From positions 3,211-67,210 of the forward strand of contig CAZSQB010000001.1 in assembly GCA_964608945.1 (NCBI GenBank): a stretch of 64,000 nt of DNA, given 5' to 3'. A model generated the notes under the pieces. It ran no database searches, was not told where the DNA came from, and was given only the letters and a program-made list of their open reading frames with translations. Positions 41,179 to 49,921 of the stretch are shown here, in pieces. Position numbers and translations under genes: made by a program. Source of the stretch: an uncultured Gammaproteobacteria bacterium. Lineage in GTDB: Bacteria; Patescibacteriota; Microgenomatia; Levybacterales; UBA12049. Positions within the stretch are counted from its first letter, which is position 1. The number at the start of each line of letters is the position of its first letter.

Positions 41179-42237
41179 ATGAATTTAAAAATTGTTGAAA
41201 GTTCTAAGGTTCCAAAAGTGACCGTACTTATACCCAACTACAATGGAAAAAAGTGGCTTGAAAAGTTGCTTCCTACTGTTGAAAAAACAACTTACCCAAA
41301 CAAAGAAATTCTCGTTGTAAACAACGGATCTACAGATAACAGTGGTCAGTTTCTTAAAAAAAACTATCCCAATGTTCGTGTTGTAGAGGTTAAAAAGAAC
41401 AGAGGTTACGCAGGGGCGAATAATTTTGGCGTAAAGTTTGCCAAAGGTAAATATATTTTATTTCTCAATAATGATACTCAAGTTACTCCAAGCTTTTTAG
41501 AACCTTTGGTTGAAAGGATGGAAAAAGATAATACCGTAGGTGCTGTTCAGCCTCAGATAAGACACATGGTTAAAAAAGACGTCATTGATTCAATAGGCTC
41601 CCTTTTTACGTTTACAGGATTTTTATACCACTATGGGTATTTTCAATCCTACAAAGAAAGGAAATATCAAAAAGAACTATCTGTATATTCTGTCAAAGGA
41701 GCATGTTTTCTTATGAGTAAAGAAGATTATATAGATCTTGGGGGAATTGATGAGAGCTTTGTAACCTATGTTGAGGAATCAGATCTTTGCCATAGAATTT
41801 TGTTAAGTGGTAAGAAAATAGTTTACGTTCCAAAAAGCGTTGTTTACCATTTTGGGGGAGGGGATATGAACATCATGACAAAAAGTGAAGTAGTGATATT
41901 TCGATCCTTTAGAAATAGATTTGTGTCTTATTTAAAAAATTTAGGGGTGAAAAAACTTATCCTTGTTCTGCCGGTCCATTTTGTTCTATGCGAAATGCTT
42001 ATTTTCATGAGCCTTCTGCGGGGAAAGTTCAAACAGGCCATAGCGTCTCAAGTTGGAGTCGTAGGATGGATCCCAAATTTCTTTTCGATTTTAAAACAGA
42101 GAAAATATATACAGTCGCGTATAAGAAAGATAAGTGATGATGAACTCTTCGCATCCGTTGAACATAACCCCAGTTTCGGATATTACTCTCATTTCTTTTT
42201 TGACCCTTATGGCAAATTTAGCGAAAAAGAGCTATAA
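41179..42237 (+). CDS. GT2 glycosyltransferase, tandem paralog of 40064..41107
   Basis: PNYNG, NNGSTD, NRGYAGANN, LNNDT, YVEESDLC. Confidence 0.9.
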   Translation: MNLKIVESSKVPKVTVLIPNYNGKKWLEKLLPTVEKTTYPNKEILVVNNGSTDNSGQFLKKNYPNVRVVEVKKNRGYAGANNFGVKFAKGKYILFLNNDTQVTPSFLEPLVERMEKDNTVGAVQPQIRHMVKKDVIDSIGSLFTFTGFLYHYGYFQSYKERKYQKELSVYSVKGACFLMSKEDYIDLGGIDESFVTYVEESDLCHRILLSGKKIVYVPKSVVYHFGGGDMNIMTKSEVVIFRSFRNRFVSYLKNLGVKKLILVLPVHFVLCEMLIFMSLLRGKFKQAIASQVGVVGWIPNFFSILKQRKYIQSRIRKISDDELFASVEHNPSFGYYSHFFFDPYGKFSEKEL

Positions 42238-42252
42238 TTTTTTACGTTTTCG

Positions 42253-45111
42253 ATGAAGCACTTTAAATTATTTATCATTTCATTGTTTTTGGTATTTGGA
42301 TATTTAATATTGATTTCGTATCCTTATTTTTTTTCCAAGATTACGCGTTTTGATTCACTCGGACCTCTTTCATTAGTGGAAGAAAAATCGGTAAATATCC
42401 AAAAAACGTTCAGTCCAGACCGCAGAACCGATCAATTTGACAATCACTTGCTTAAAGGAGAAAAGGTCACTGTTAAACTTAAAGCTTCCGAAAACAATTT
42501 TGGTATTTTATTGTTTAGATTCGCGCAACTATCTGACAATGTAACAGATACGGTTGTTTTTAGAGTAAAAGAAGAAGGAAAAGAATGGCACTATGAAAAT
42601 AATTATAAGGCAAACCAATTTCAGCCAGATCAGTATTTTACTTTTGGTTTTCCTCCTTTTAAAAATTCCAAAAACAACACCTACGTTTTTGAGATAGAAT
42701 CTCTTTCAGGCACATACAAGAATGGAATTGGGGTGAGTTTGAGAGAACCGCAAGTCGCGTTAGTTTATAAATACACACGAGCCGATCTAACGAATTTTAA
42801 TACGCTTTTCCCTTTTATTTTTAAAAAATTTGTTTATGTAGCAAGAAACGTAAATTTCCTTCAAGATAGGCAGTTATTTATAATATTTTTTTCGTCATTT
42901 CTTTTTACTCTTTATTTGAAAAATAAAAGAAAAATAAAATTGCCAAAGCCTAAAAAGAAGTATCGTAAATTTTTAAAAATGGTTGTCGGTGAAATAATCT
43001 TCGATTATGTATTATTTGAAAAGAAGCTATTTAAACCTTTAAAAAAATCAGTCCTCAGATTTACCAGATCCAAATTTTATTTAAAATACTTAGATACAAA
43101 TGCTAAAAAAAGATTAGCAATTGTTTTATTAGTATTTTTAATCGCGATTCTTTACCGATTTTCCGCAGCTTCAGTTGATCAATTAGGTGTGTTCTCATTT
43201 TATGCGGGTTTAGGTGGTCAGGGTGATTATGATCAATTTATAAGAGCTGCAACATGTGCAGTAAGAAACTTTTGCCCTGCCATCTTAGGACAAAACTTTC
43301 TTATTGAATCATCTATCTTAGGGACGTTTTACGAAATATTCGGATTTGCGGGGGGACTTAAAGCATATCTATATTTCATGATTATTCTAAGCTCAATTGT
43401 TGCTACTCTTCCTTACGTTCTTTTGTCTCGAAAACACTTTATCACAATAGGTGGAATAATCGGCAGTCTTTTTCTTGCAACTTCAGATTATTTAACTCAT
43501 ATGGCCCTTAATCTTCCACCAGACAACGCGTCTCTATTTGCCTTCTCAATGTTCTTTATAGTTTATCTAATTACGATTCATATTGGAACCATTCGTTGGC
43601 TTTTATTTTTTGGCTTGATAGGTTTAATAGATGGATTAAATAAATTATTATTATTAATAAATGATTTAGCAGTATTTATGCTATTTGTTCCGGTTTTCTT
43701 CTATGAAAAGGCAAATAAGACTAAGAAGTTTCCTTTTGTTAAATTAAACCCAAAATTGATCTTCTATTCTATACTGCCACTTTTAGTTTTCCTCGTGATT
43801 TATTCGGCATGGGAGTATGTTGTACAAATGAAATTCTCAACTCCCTACTATTTGAGAGCATTGATAGAAGGAGGTTCTACCTATCAATCATCCACTGACG
43901 CAGGATCTATGTCCATCAATGAAAGTCTTTCACAAGGCAATATATTGGAAAAATTATTTTATTATGCAGGATTGTCTGTCGTTATGCTAAAACGAGTAAT
44001 TCAGAATGCTGGTCTTAATGATATCTTTCTTATTCCCATTTTATTCGGTTTATTATTCGCGACTTTCAGAAAGTCCCCATTCGATGGATTCGACAAGCTC
44101 ACCACAAGTAATCTCAGGGCAAGAAAATTTTCTGTCACGAAATTAATATCTATGGTAATTTTTGCAAGCCTTGCTTTTACGACCCTACAATTATTCAAAG
44201 AAAACTTTCTGGGCATACAAGATATTGGACAATATGTCTATGCATGGTCCAATGATATTTATGTTAATGTATTTCTCTTTGCATCTATAATTTTTCTTTT
44301 TATACTAAATTTTAGGTATCAAGCTTTTAAACTTGCTCTTCCAATAGTGCCTTACGTTATAATGCTTATTATCCTGACCAAGAATGCTCCCTGGGAAAGG
44401 CTTTTGGCGCACGTTATTGTATGGAGTATAATTTTATTTTCCTTCCTTATTGATTGGATTTTAAGCAATACTAAGAAGAACCTGCCTGCCCTGCCTGCCG
44501 GCAGGCAGGGCGGCAGGCATGGTTATGCATTAAAAAGATTATGGATTGGTCCTATCCTTCTAGTTCTATTCATCTTTTTTTATACAATTCCTAAAACATC
44601 GAGTATGGTAGCGCAACTGCGTTCAGGTATTAACAACACAAGAGGCGAAGTTGAATACTTAAAATGGGTAAACTCAGAATTACCAAAAAATGCCATAATT
44701 CTTGCAGGAGGGAAAAGTGATCTAGTAACTGTTACCGAAAATATAAATAGACCTATTATTTATAATACTTTGTGGACAGCGGCGTTACTGATTATACCAA
44801 ATGAAATTCCAGGAGCAAAACCCACTGATTTTGCTATATTAAATCAGTTGAAAATCAATGAGATACCAGGAGTAAGCCCAAGTGATTTTAGTATAATACG
44901 GGAGTTGAGAAACAAGGATAATTTCGGGAAAAACAAGTATATGATTTTAGAAGATGACGTTTATATATGGCGAGATAGAGTAGCAGGAGTAGGAGATAAT
45001 CTTTTTTCTACATCTTCTGCTGCGTTGCTTAATGGAGAGGATTACTTAATCAAAGTCTATAAATCCAATCCAATTCTAAAAAAAGCTATCTACGAATTAA
45101 AGCTTAAGTAG
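42253..45111 (+). CDS. Large (952 aa) membrane protein with GT-C-like core; paralog of 37313..40039
   Basis: ENNFG, WHYENNY, GDYDQF, PPDN shared with the paralog. Confidence 0.65.
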   Translation: MKHFKLFIISLFLVFGYLILISYPYFFSKITRFDSLGPLSLVEEKSVNIQKTFSPDRRTDQFDNHLLKGEKVTVKLKASENNFGILLFRFAQLSDNVTDTVVFRVKEEGKEWHYENNYKANQFQPDQYFTFGFPPFKNSKNNTYVFEIESLSGTYKNGIGVSLREPQVALVYKYTRADLTNFNTLFPFIFKKFVYVARNVNFLQDRQLFIIFFSSFLFTLYLKNKRKIKLPKPKKKYRKFLKMVVGEIIFDYVLFEKKLFKPLKKSVLRFTRSKFYLKYLDTNAKKRLAIVLLVFLIAILYRFSAASVDQLGVFSFYAGLGGQGDYDQFIRAATCAVRNFCPAILGQNFLIESSILGTFYEIFGFAGGLKAYLYFMIILSSIVATLPYVLLSRKHFITIGGIIGSLFLATSDYLTHMALNLPPDNASLFAFSMFFIVYLITIHIGTIRWLLFFGLIGLIDGLNKLLLLINDLAVFMLFVPVFFYEKANKTKKFPFVKLNPKLIFYSILPLLVFLVIYSAWEYVVQMKFSTPYYLRALIEGGSTYQSSTDAGSMSINESLSQGNILEKLFYYAGLSVVMLKRVIQNAGLNDIFLIPILFGLLFATFRKSPFDGFDKLTTSNLRARKFSVTKLISMVIFASLAFTTLQLFKENFLGIQDIGQYVYAWSNDIYVNVFLFASIIFLFILNFRYQAFKLALPIVPYVIMLIILTKNAPWERLLAHVIVWSIILFSFLIDWILSNTKKNLPALPAGRQGGRHGYALKRLWIGPILLVLFIFFYTIPKTSSMVAQLRSGINNTRGEVEYLKWVNSELPKNAIILAGGKSDLVTVTENINRPIIYNTLWTAALLIIPNEIPGAKPTDFAILNQLKINEIPGVSPSDFSIIRELRNKDNFGKNKYMILEDDVYIWRDRVAGVGDNLFSTSSAALLNGEDYLIKVYKSNPILKKAIYELKLK
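44076..44123 (+). repeat. Nested pair of 24-bp ATTCGA-N4-CTCA hairpin elements, in-frame
   Basis: CCCATTCGA[TGGATTCGACAAGCTCACCACAAG]TAATCTCAGGGCAAG. Confidence 0.85.
44275..44775 (+). repeat. 501-bp exact direct repeat, copy 2 (contains the nested palindrome at 44481..44522)
   Basis: Identical to 39251..39751 by eye. Confidence 0.9.
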
Positions 45112-45121
45112 ACTGAAAATC

Positions 45122-45162
45122 TTTGACATATGTTTGACATTCACTCACAATTAACATAAACT
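45122..45162 (+). promoter_or_regulatory. sigma70 promoter of the heptose operon with an 11-bp-spaced TTTGACAT direct repeat
   Basis: TTGACA(45134)-17 nt-TAAACT(45157); TTTGACAT at 45122 and 45133. Confidence 0.65.
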
Positions 45163-45172
45163 TCATTTACAA

Positions 45173-45796
45173 ATGATGGGTAAAAACAATAATCTTTATC
45201 GTAAAAAAGCAGAAACGCATTTAACCGAAAGCATCAAAGTTAAACAGGCAACGCTTGAAAAATGCATGAATTCAATTCTTGCTGCAGCTCAATTAATTGT
45301 GGATACTTTTTTATCCGGGGGTAAGGTTTTACTCTGCGGCAACGGTGGGAGTGCTGCCGATTGCCAGCACATGGCGACAGAACTTGTTAATACACTAGAT
45401 AAGAATTTTATTCGTCCCAGTCTGCCTGCCTTTGCCCTCACTACCGATACGTCAGTAATGACATCTTTTGCCAATGACTTTGGTTTTGATGGAGTCTTTG
45501 AACGCCAAATTCAAGGTTTGGGTAAGCCTAACGATTTATTAATAGGTCTCTCAACCAGTGGAAATTCCAAAAACATCATCAGAGCCATGACAGCGGCCAA
45601 TACTATCAAAATGCACACCCTGGCTTTAACCGGCAATTCCGGTAAACTACAAAAAATAGCAGATGTGGTAATTTCTATCCCTAGTAAAAATACACAATAC
45701 ATCCAAGAAGCACACTTGACTGTTGAACATATCCTTTGCGAATTGGTTGAGCATTATCTTTTTGTGGGTATAAAGAAAAAAGAACTATGGTCATAA
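45173..45796 (+). CDS. gmhA: Sedoheptulose-7-phosphate isomerase
   Basis: CGNGGSAADCQH, ALTTD, ANDFG, STSGNS, IQEAH. Confidence 0.95.
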   Translation: MMGKNNNLYRKKAETHLTESIKVKQATLEKCMNSILAAAQLIVDTFLSGGKVLLCGNGGSAADCQHMATELVNTLDKNFIRPSLPAFALTTDTSVMTSFANDFGFDGVFERQIQGLGKPNDLLIGLSTSGNSKNIIRAMTAANTIKMHTLALTGNSGKLQKIADVVISIPSKNTQYIQEAHLTVEHILCELVEHYLFVGIKKKELWS

Positions 45797-46812
45797 GCAG
45801 AACTCCTTTTCGAATTTCTTTCTTTGGTGGAGGTACGGATTATCCTGCCTGGTATCGCAATAATGGTGGTGCAGTTCTCGCTACAACAATCAATAAGTAC
45901 TGCTACCTGAACGTAAGATTCCTGCCCCCTTTTTTTTGGCATAAATTTCGTATTGTCTATTCAAGGATAGAGAGTTGTAATACAATCGACGAAATTACTC
46001 ATCCAGCTGTGCGCGAAATTTTACGTTTCTTAAAGATTAATCAAGGATTAGAAATCCATCATGATGGTGATTTACCAGCCAGATCGGGACTCGGCTCTAG
46101 CTCTGCTTTTACAGTGGGACTTCTTAATGCACTTTATGCTCTGCTTGGGCATATGCCCAATAAGCACAACTTAGCAAAAGAAGGTATATACCTGGAACAA
46201 GAGGTTTTAAAAGAAACAGTTGGTTCTCAGGATCAAATCCTTGCGGCACATGGGGGTTTCAATCATATAACTTTTCATAAAAATGGGGAGATTACACTTA
46301 AACCTATAACCCTTTCTTCTAAGCGTATTAAGGAACTTGAAAATCATCTAATGTTATTCTATACAGGAATTCCTCGTATTGCTTCAAAAGTAGCTAAAAG
46401 CTATGTAAAAAAAATTAAAACCCGAGAAAAACAACTTAGCATTATGCAAGATTCGGTAGAAGAAGCTCTCTCCATTTTAACGGGTAAGCGCGATATGAAA
46501 AGTTTTGGTGAACTCTTAAACAAGTTTTGGCAAATAAAGAGAACCTTAAGCCCTCAAGTTTCCAATTCCACTATCGATGAAATTTATAAAAAATCCCTAT
46601 CTTCAGGCGCTATTGGGGGAAAGCTAATAGGTGCAGGCGGCGGCGGATTCTTACTTTTGTTTGTTCCTCCACGAAGTCAAAAAAAGGTAAGAGAAAGCTT
46701 AAAAAAACTTATTTATGTCCCTTTCAAATTTGAATCCCAAGGATCTCAAATTATCTTTTTTGACAGACAAGAAGATTACACAAACGAGATTAAACGCAAA
46801 CTCAGAACATGA
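45787..46812 (+). CDS. hddA: D-glycero-alpha-D-manno-heptose-7-phosphate kinase (GHMP family)
   Basis: TPFRISFFGGGTD, PARSGLGSSS, GSQDQ, GGKLIGAGGGG; adjacent to gmhA. Confidence 0.85.
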   Translation: MVISRTPFRISFFGGGTDYPAWYRNNGGAVLATTINKYCYLNVRFLPPFFWHKFRIVYSRIESCNTIDEITHPAVREILRFLKINQGLEIHHDGDLPARSGLGSSSAFTVGLLNALYALLGHMPNKHNLAKEGIYLEQEVLKETVGSQDQILAAHGGFNHITFHKNGEITLKPITLSSKRIKELENHLMLFYTGIPRIASKVAKSYVKKIKTREKQLSIMQDSVEEALSILTGKRDMKSFGELLNKFWQIKRTLSPQVSNSTIDEIYKKSLSSGAIGGKLIGAGGGGFLLLFVPPRSQKKVRESLKKLIYVPFKFESQGSQIIFFDRQEDYTNEIKRKLRT

Positions 46813-47813
46813 ATAAAAATCGTCATATCAGATGTGTACTTATCATTGGGATAAGTGGGTCTGGAGGTAGCTACCTTGCAGAGTATATAGTAAATAATCA
46901 CCCAAAAGTGGAAGTACATGGAATTTCCCGATGGCACTCAACCACAATAGATAATTTAGATAAGGTTCAAAGACAGGTTATCGTGCATGAAGCTGATTTA
47001 ATGGATATGGCTTCTGTAATTGAGGTTTTACAAAAAGTAAAACCTGACGCCATTTTTCATTTAGCAGCCCATGCAAATGTCAGAACTTCTTTTATAACAC
47101 CTACTTCGGTTTTAAGTAATAATATATTAGGTACCAGCAATCTTTTGGAAGCAATAAGGATTCTAAATATAAAGCCTATTGTACAAATTTGTAGTACTTC
47201 TGAAGTTTACGGCCAAGTAAATCCCAGAGATGTTCCAATCAAAGAGTTGTGCCCTTTAAATCCGATGAGCCCTTATGCCGTTTCCAAGACGACACAAGAT
47301 CTTTTAGGCGCTGTTTATTTTCGCGCGTATGATATGAAAATAATTCGCACCAGAATGTTTGCCTATATTAATCCTCGTAGAGAAGATCTTTTTGCTACCT
47401 TCTTTGCTATGCAGGTCGCACGTATTGAGGAAGGATTGCAGAAAGAACTTTTGCACGGCAACCTTGACTCTATCCGAACCCTGATTGATGTCCGTGACGC
47501 AATGGGGTCCTATTGGGTTGCGGTCGAAAAGTGCCGCTTCGGGCAGGTGTACAATATTGGGGGAAATACTGTAATTACAGTAGGAGAATTTCTAGATTTC
47601 TTAAGAAAGAAAGCGAAAGTTGCGATTCCCCTGCGCCTTTCTCCTAACTTACTTCGTCCCACTGACGTAACACTTCAAATCCCCGATGTTACAAAATTTA
47701 CTAAGGAAACTGGTTGGAGGCCGAAATATAGTTTTGAAGAGAGCGTAGAATTTTTATTGAATATTTGCAGGAGTACGGTGGCACGGAAAAACAGCGCGCG
47801 AAGCGCTAATTAA
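46809..47813 (+). CDS. GDP-sugar 4,6-dehydratase (Gmd/DmhA/WcbK-like, probably GDP-heptose)
   Basis: GISGSGGSYLAE, HLAAHANV, STSEVYG, PYAVSK, GNLDSIR, LRPTDV. Confidence 0.75.
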   Translation: MNKNRHIRCVLIIGISGSGGSYLAEYIVNNHPKVEVHGISRWHSTTIDNLDKVQRQVIVHEADLMDMASVIEVLQKVKPDAIFHLAAHANVRTSFITPTSVLSNNILGTSNLLEAIRILNIKPIVQICSTSEVYGQVNPRDVPIKELCPLNPMSPYAVSKTTQDLLGAVYFRAYDMKIIRTRMFAYINPRREDLFATFFAMQVARIEEGLQKELLHGNLDSIRTLIDVRDAMGSYWVAVEKCRFGQVYNIGGNTVITVGEFLDFLRKKAKVAIPLRLSPNLLRPTDVTLQIPDVTKFTKETGWRPKYSFEESVEFLLNICRSTVARKNSARSAN

Positions 47814-47816
47814 ACA

Positions 47817-48992
47817 ATGTATAGATATAAATTAGCTGAAAGAATTATTGATAAAGAAGATATAGCTGCGTTCACTGCTTGGCTTAGTACAAAAGACAAT
47901 TCCCTGCCGCAGCTTACCAAGGGCCAATTGACCAATAAGCTTGAAATGAGTTGGGCTAAATGGGTTGGTACTAAATATGCGGTTTTTGTAAATTCCGGGT
48001 CCTCAGCTAACTTCCTGATGGCATATGCGGCTCTTCTTACAAAAAAGCTACGCAACAAAAAAGTTATTGTACCGAGTGTGGGATGGGTTACAACAATAAG
48101 CCCTTTTATGCAGCTTGGTTTCGAGCCCATAATGTGCGGAGCAAATCCCGATACTTTAGGGTTTGATCCCAATCACCTCGAAGCCTTGTTGAAAAAACAC
48201 CGACCGGCGCTGGTTATTATGGTTCATGTTCTAGGTGTACCTGATAATATGGACGTATTAAAGCATTTCCAGAAAAAGTATAAATTTATGCTATTGGAAG
48301 ACGCCTGTGCTGCTTTGGGTGCGGAATACGATGGTAAAAAGGTAGGAACGTTTGGTGATATGTCCTCCTTTTCTTTTTATTTTGGACACCAGCTCTCAAC
48401 TATTGAAGGCGGGATGATAAATACTAATAACAAAAAACTCTATGACCTGCTTGTGCTTTTACGAAGCCATGGGTGGGGCAAAGATTTGGACGAGAAAACT
48501 CACTTAAGATTAATGAAAAAATATAAGATAGATGGCTCCCATAAATCCTTCACGTTTTTTGTGCCGGGACTTAATCTGCGAAACACCGAGGTCGGTGCAT
48601 TTTTAGGGCTTCGCATGATGAAAAAAGCTGATCTGGTCACGAGAATTCGCAAGCGTAACCATTTAATATATGCCGCAAGCCTTAAAAATGTTACTTTTCA
48701 GAGGTGGAATAATAAGTCTGTGCCCTGTAGCATTTCGTTTGCTGTTCTCGCAAGAGATGGGGCACACCGAAAGGCATTAGTCAAGGAGCTTAACCGTAAC
48801 GGAATAGAGATACGCATATTTACGGCGGGGAATCTTGGCTTGCATCCTTTCTGGTTTGAAAATTATGGAAGATTTCATCATCCAGTTTCTGATGCAGTGT
48901 ACAGTCGTGGATTCTTTTTGCCAAACCATGAGTCGCTTGCGCCGCAAGATGTAAAATCAATTTGTAAGGTGGTGAACAAAGTAAATCTATGA
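47817..48992 (+). CDS. PLP-dependent NDP-4-keto-6-deoxysugar 3-dehydratase (ColD-like)
   Basis: VNSGSSAN, EDAC, SFYFGHQLSTIEGG (His at the PLP-lysine position), RSHGW. Confidence 0.75.
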   Translation: MYRYKLAERIIDKEDIAAFTAWLSTKDNSLPQLTKGQLTNKLEMSWAKWVGTKYAVFVNSGSSANFLMAYAALLTKKLRNKKVIVPSVGWVTTISPFMQLGFEPIMCGANPDTLGFDPNHLEALLKKHRPALVIMVHVLGVPDNMDVLKHFQKKYKFMLLEDACAALGAEYDGKKVGTFGDMSSFSFYFGHQLSTIEGGMINTNNKKLYDLLVLLRSHGWGKDLDEKTHLRLMKKYKIDGSHKSFTFFVPGLNLRNTEVGAFLGLRMMKKADLVTRIRKRNHLIYAASLKNVTFQRWNNKSVPCSISFAVLARDGAHRKALVKELNRNGIEIRIFTAGNLGLHPFWFENYGRFHHPVSDAVYSRGFFLPNHESLAPQDVKSICKVVNKVNL

Positions 48993-49921
48993 AAGTTTTA
49001 GTTACCGGCGGTGCCGGCTACATCGGTTCTATACTAGTTCCTATGCTGCTTGAGAAAGGTGCCGCGGTAACGGTAGTGGACAATTTTTTTTATAACCAAA
49101 ATTCACTTCTAGACGTGTGTTATCATCCGAGACTAAAGGTTGTACGGGCAGATGCGCGGGGGGATAAACTCATGGCATCTTTAATGAAAGGACAAGACTA
49201 TATTTTGCCCCTGGCGTGTCTTGTGGGTGCGCCCCTTTGCGAGAAATTCCCGCAGGAAGCAAGAGCCGTAAATCTTGAAGCGATAAAAATGATTTTAAAA
49301 CTCCGAAAGCCTGGCCAGAAAATTATCTTTCCGAATACAAACAGCGGCTACGGCATTGGTAAGGCCGGGATTTATTGTAATGAGGCAACACCCCTTAGGC
49401 CGATTTCTTTATATGGACGGTTGAAAGTAGAAGCTGAAGAGGCGATACTTGCCGCCGGGAACGCCATTACTCTTCGCCTTGCGACCGTTTTTGGCATAAG
49501 TCCTAGAATGAGACTCGATCTTTTAGTGAATGACTTTGTTTACAGGGCTGTGCACGACGGCTATGTAGTCCTTTTTGAGGCAGGTTTTAAGCGAAATTAC
49601 ATTCACATTCGGGATGTAGCACGCGCATTTATCCATTGCATAGATAATTTCAAGAATTTGAAAAATGAACCCTACAATGTAGGACTAACGGATGCCAACC
49701 TTTCCAAACTAGAGCTTTGTGAGGAAATTAAAAGGCAGATTCCGGATTTTACTTTCGTTGTTTCTCCTATCGGTCGCGATCCGGATCAACGCAATTACAT
49801 TGTTTCAAACGTTAAGATAGAAAAGACTGGCTTTATGCCACAGATTTCTTTGCGAGACGGCATAACAGAGCTAATAAAGGGATATCAGATTATAAGGAGG
49901 CATGATTTTACCAACTTATGA
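48989..49921 (+). CDS. NAD-dependent NDP-sugar epimerase/reductase (SDR)
   Basis: GGAGYIGS, YGRLK, RLATVFGISPRMRLDLLVN. Confidence 0.85.
   Translation: MKVLVTGGAGYIGSILVPMLLEKGAAVTVVDNFFYNQNSLLDVCYHPRLKVVRADARGDKLMASLMKGQDYILPLACLVGAPLCEKFPQEARAVNLEAIKMILKLRKPGQKIIFPNTNSGYGIGKAGIYCNEATPLRPISLYGRLKVEAEEAILAAGNAITLRLATVFGISPRMRLDLLVNDFVYRAVHDGYVVLFEAGFKRNYIHIRDVARAFIHCIDNFKNLKNEPYNVGLTDANLSKLELCEEIKRQIPDFTFVVSPIGRDPDQRNYIVSNVKIEKTGFMPQISLRDGITELIKGYQIIRRHDFTNL

Noticed and set aside
41109-41198. 29-codon ORF MAKPFRLLNLAGG... and a TTCGACT motif between the twin GT2 genes
   Set aside because: Too short to support; it lacks the CTCA half of the repeat family and overlaps the next gene out of frame.
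39251-44775. Repeat pair as a diversity-generating retroelement TR/VR
   Set aside because: The copies are identical with no adenine-specific mismatches, both are coding, and no reverse transcriptase is in the window.
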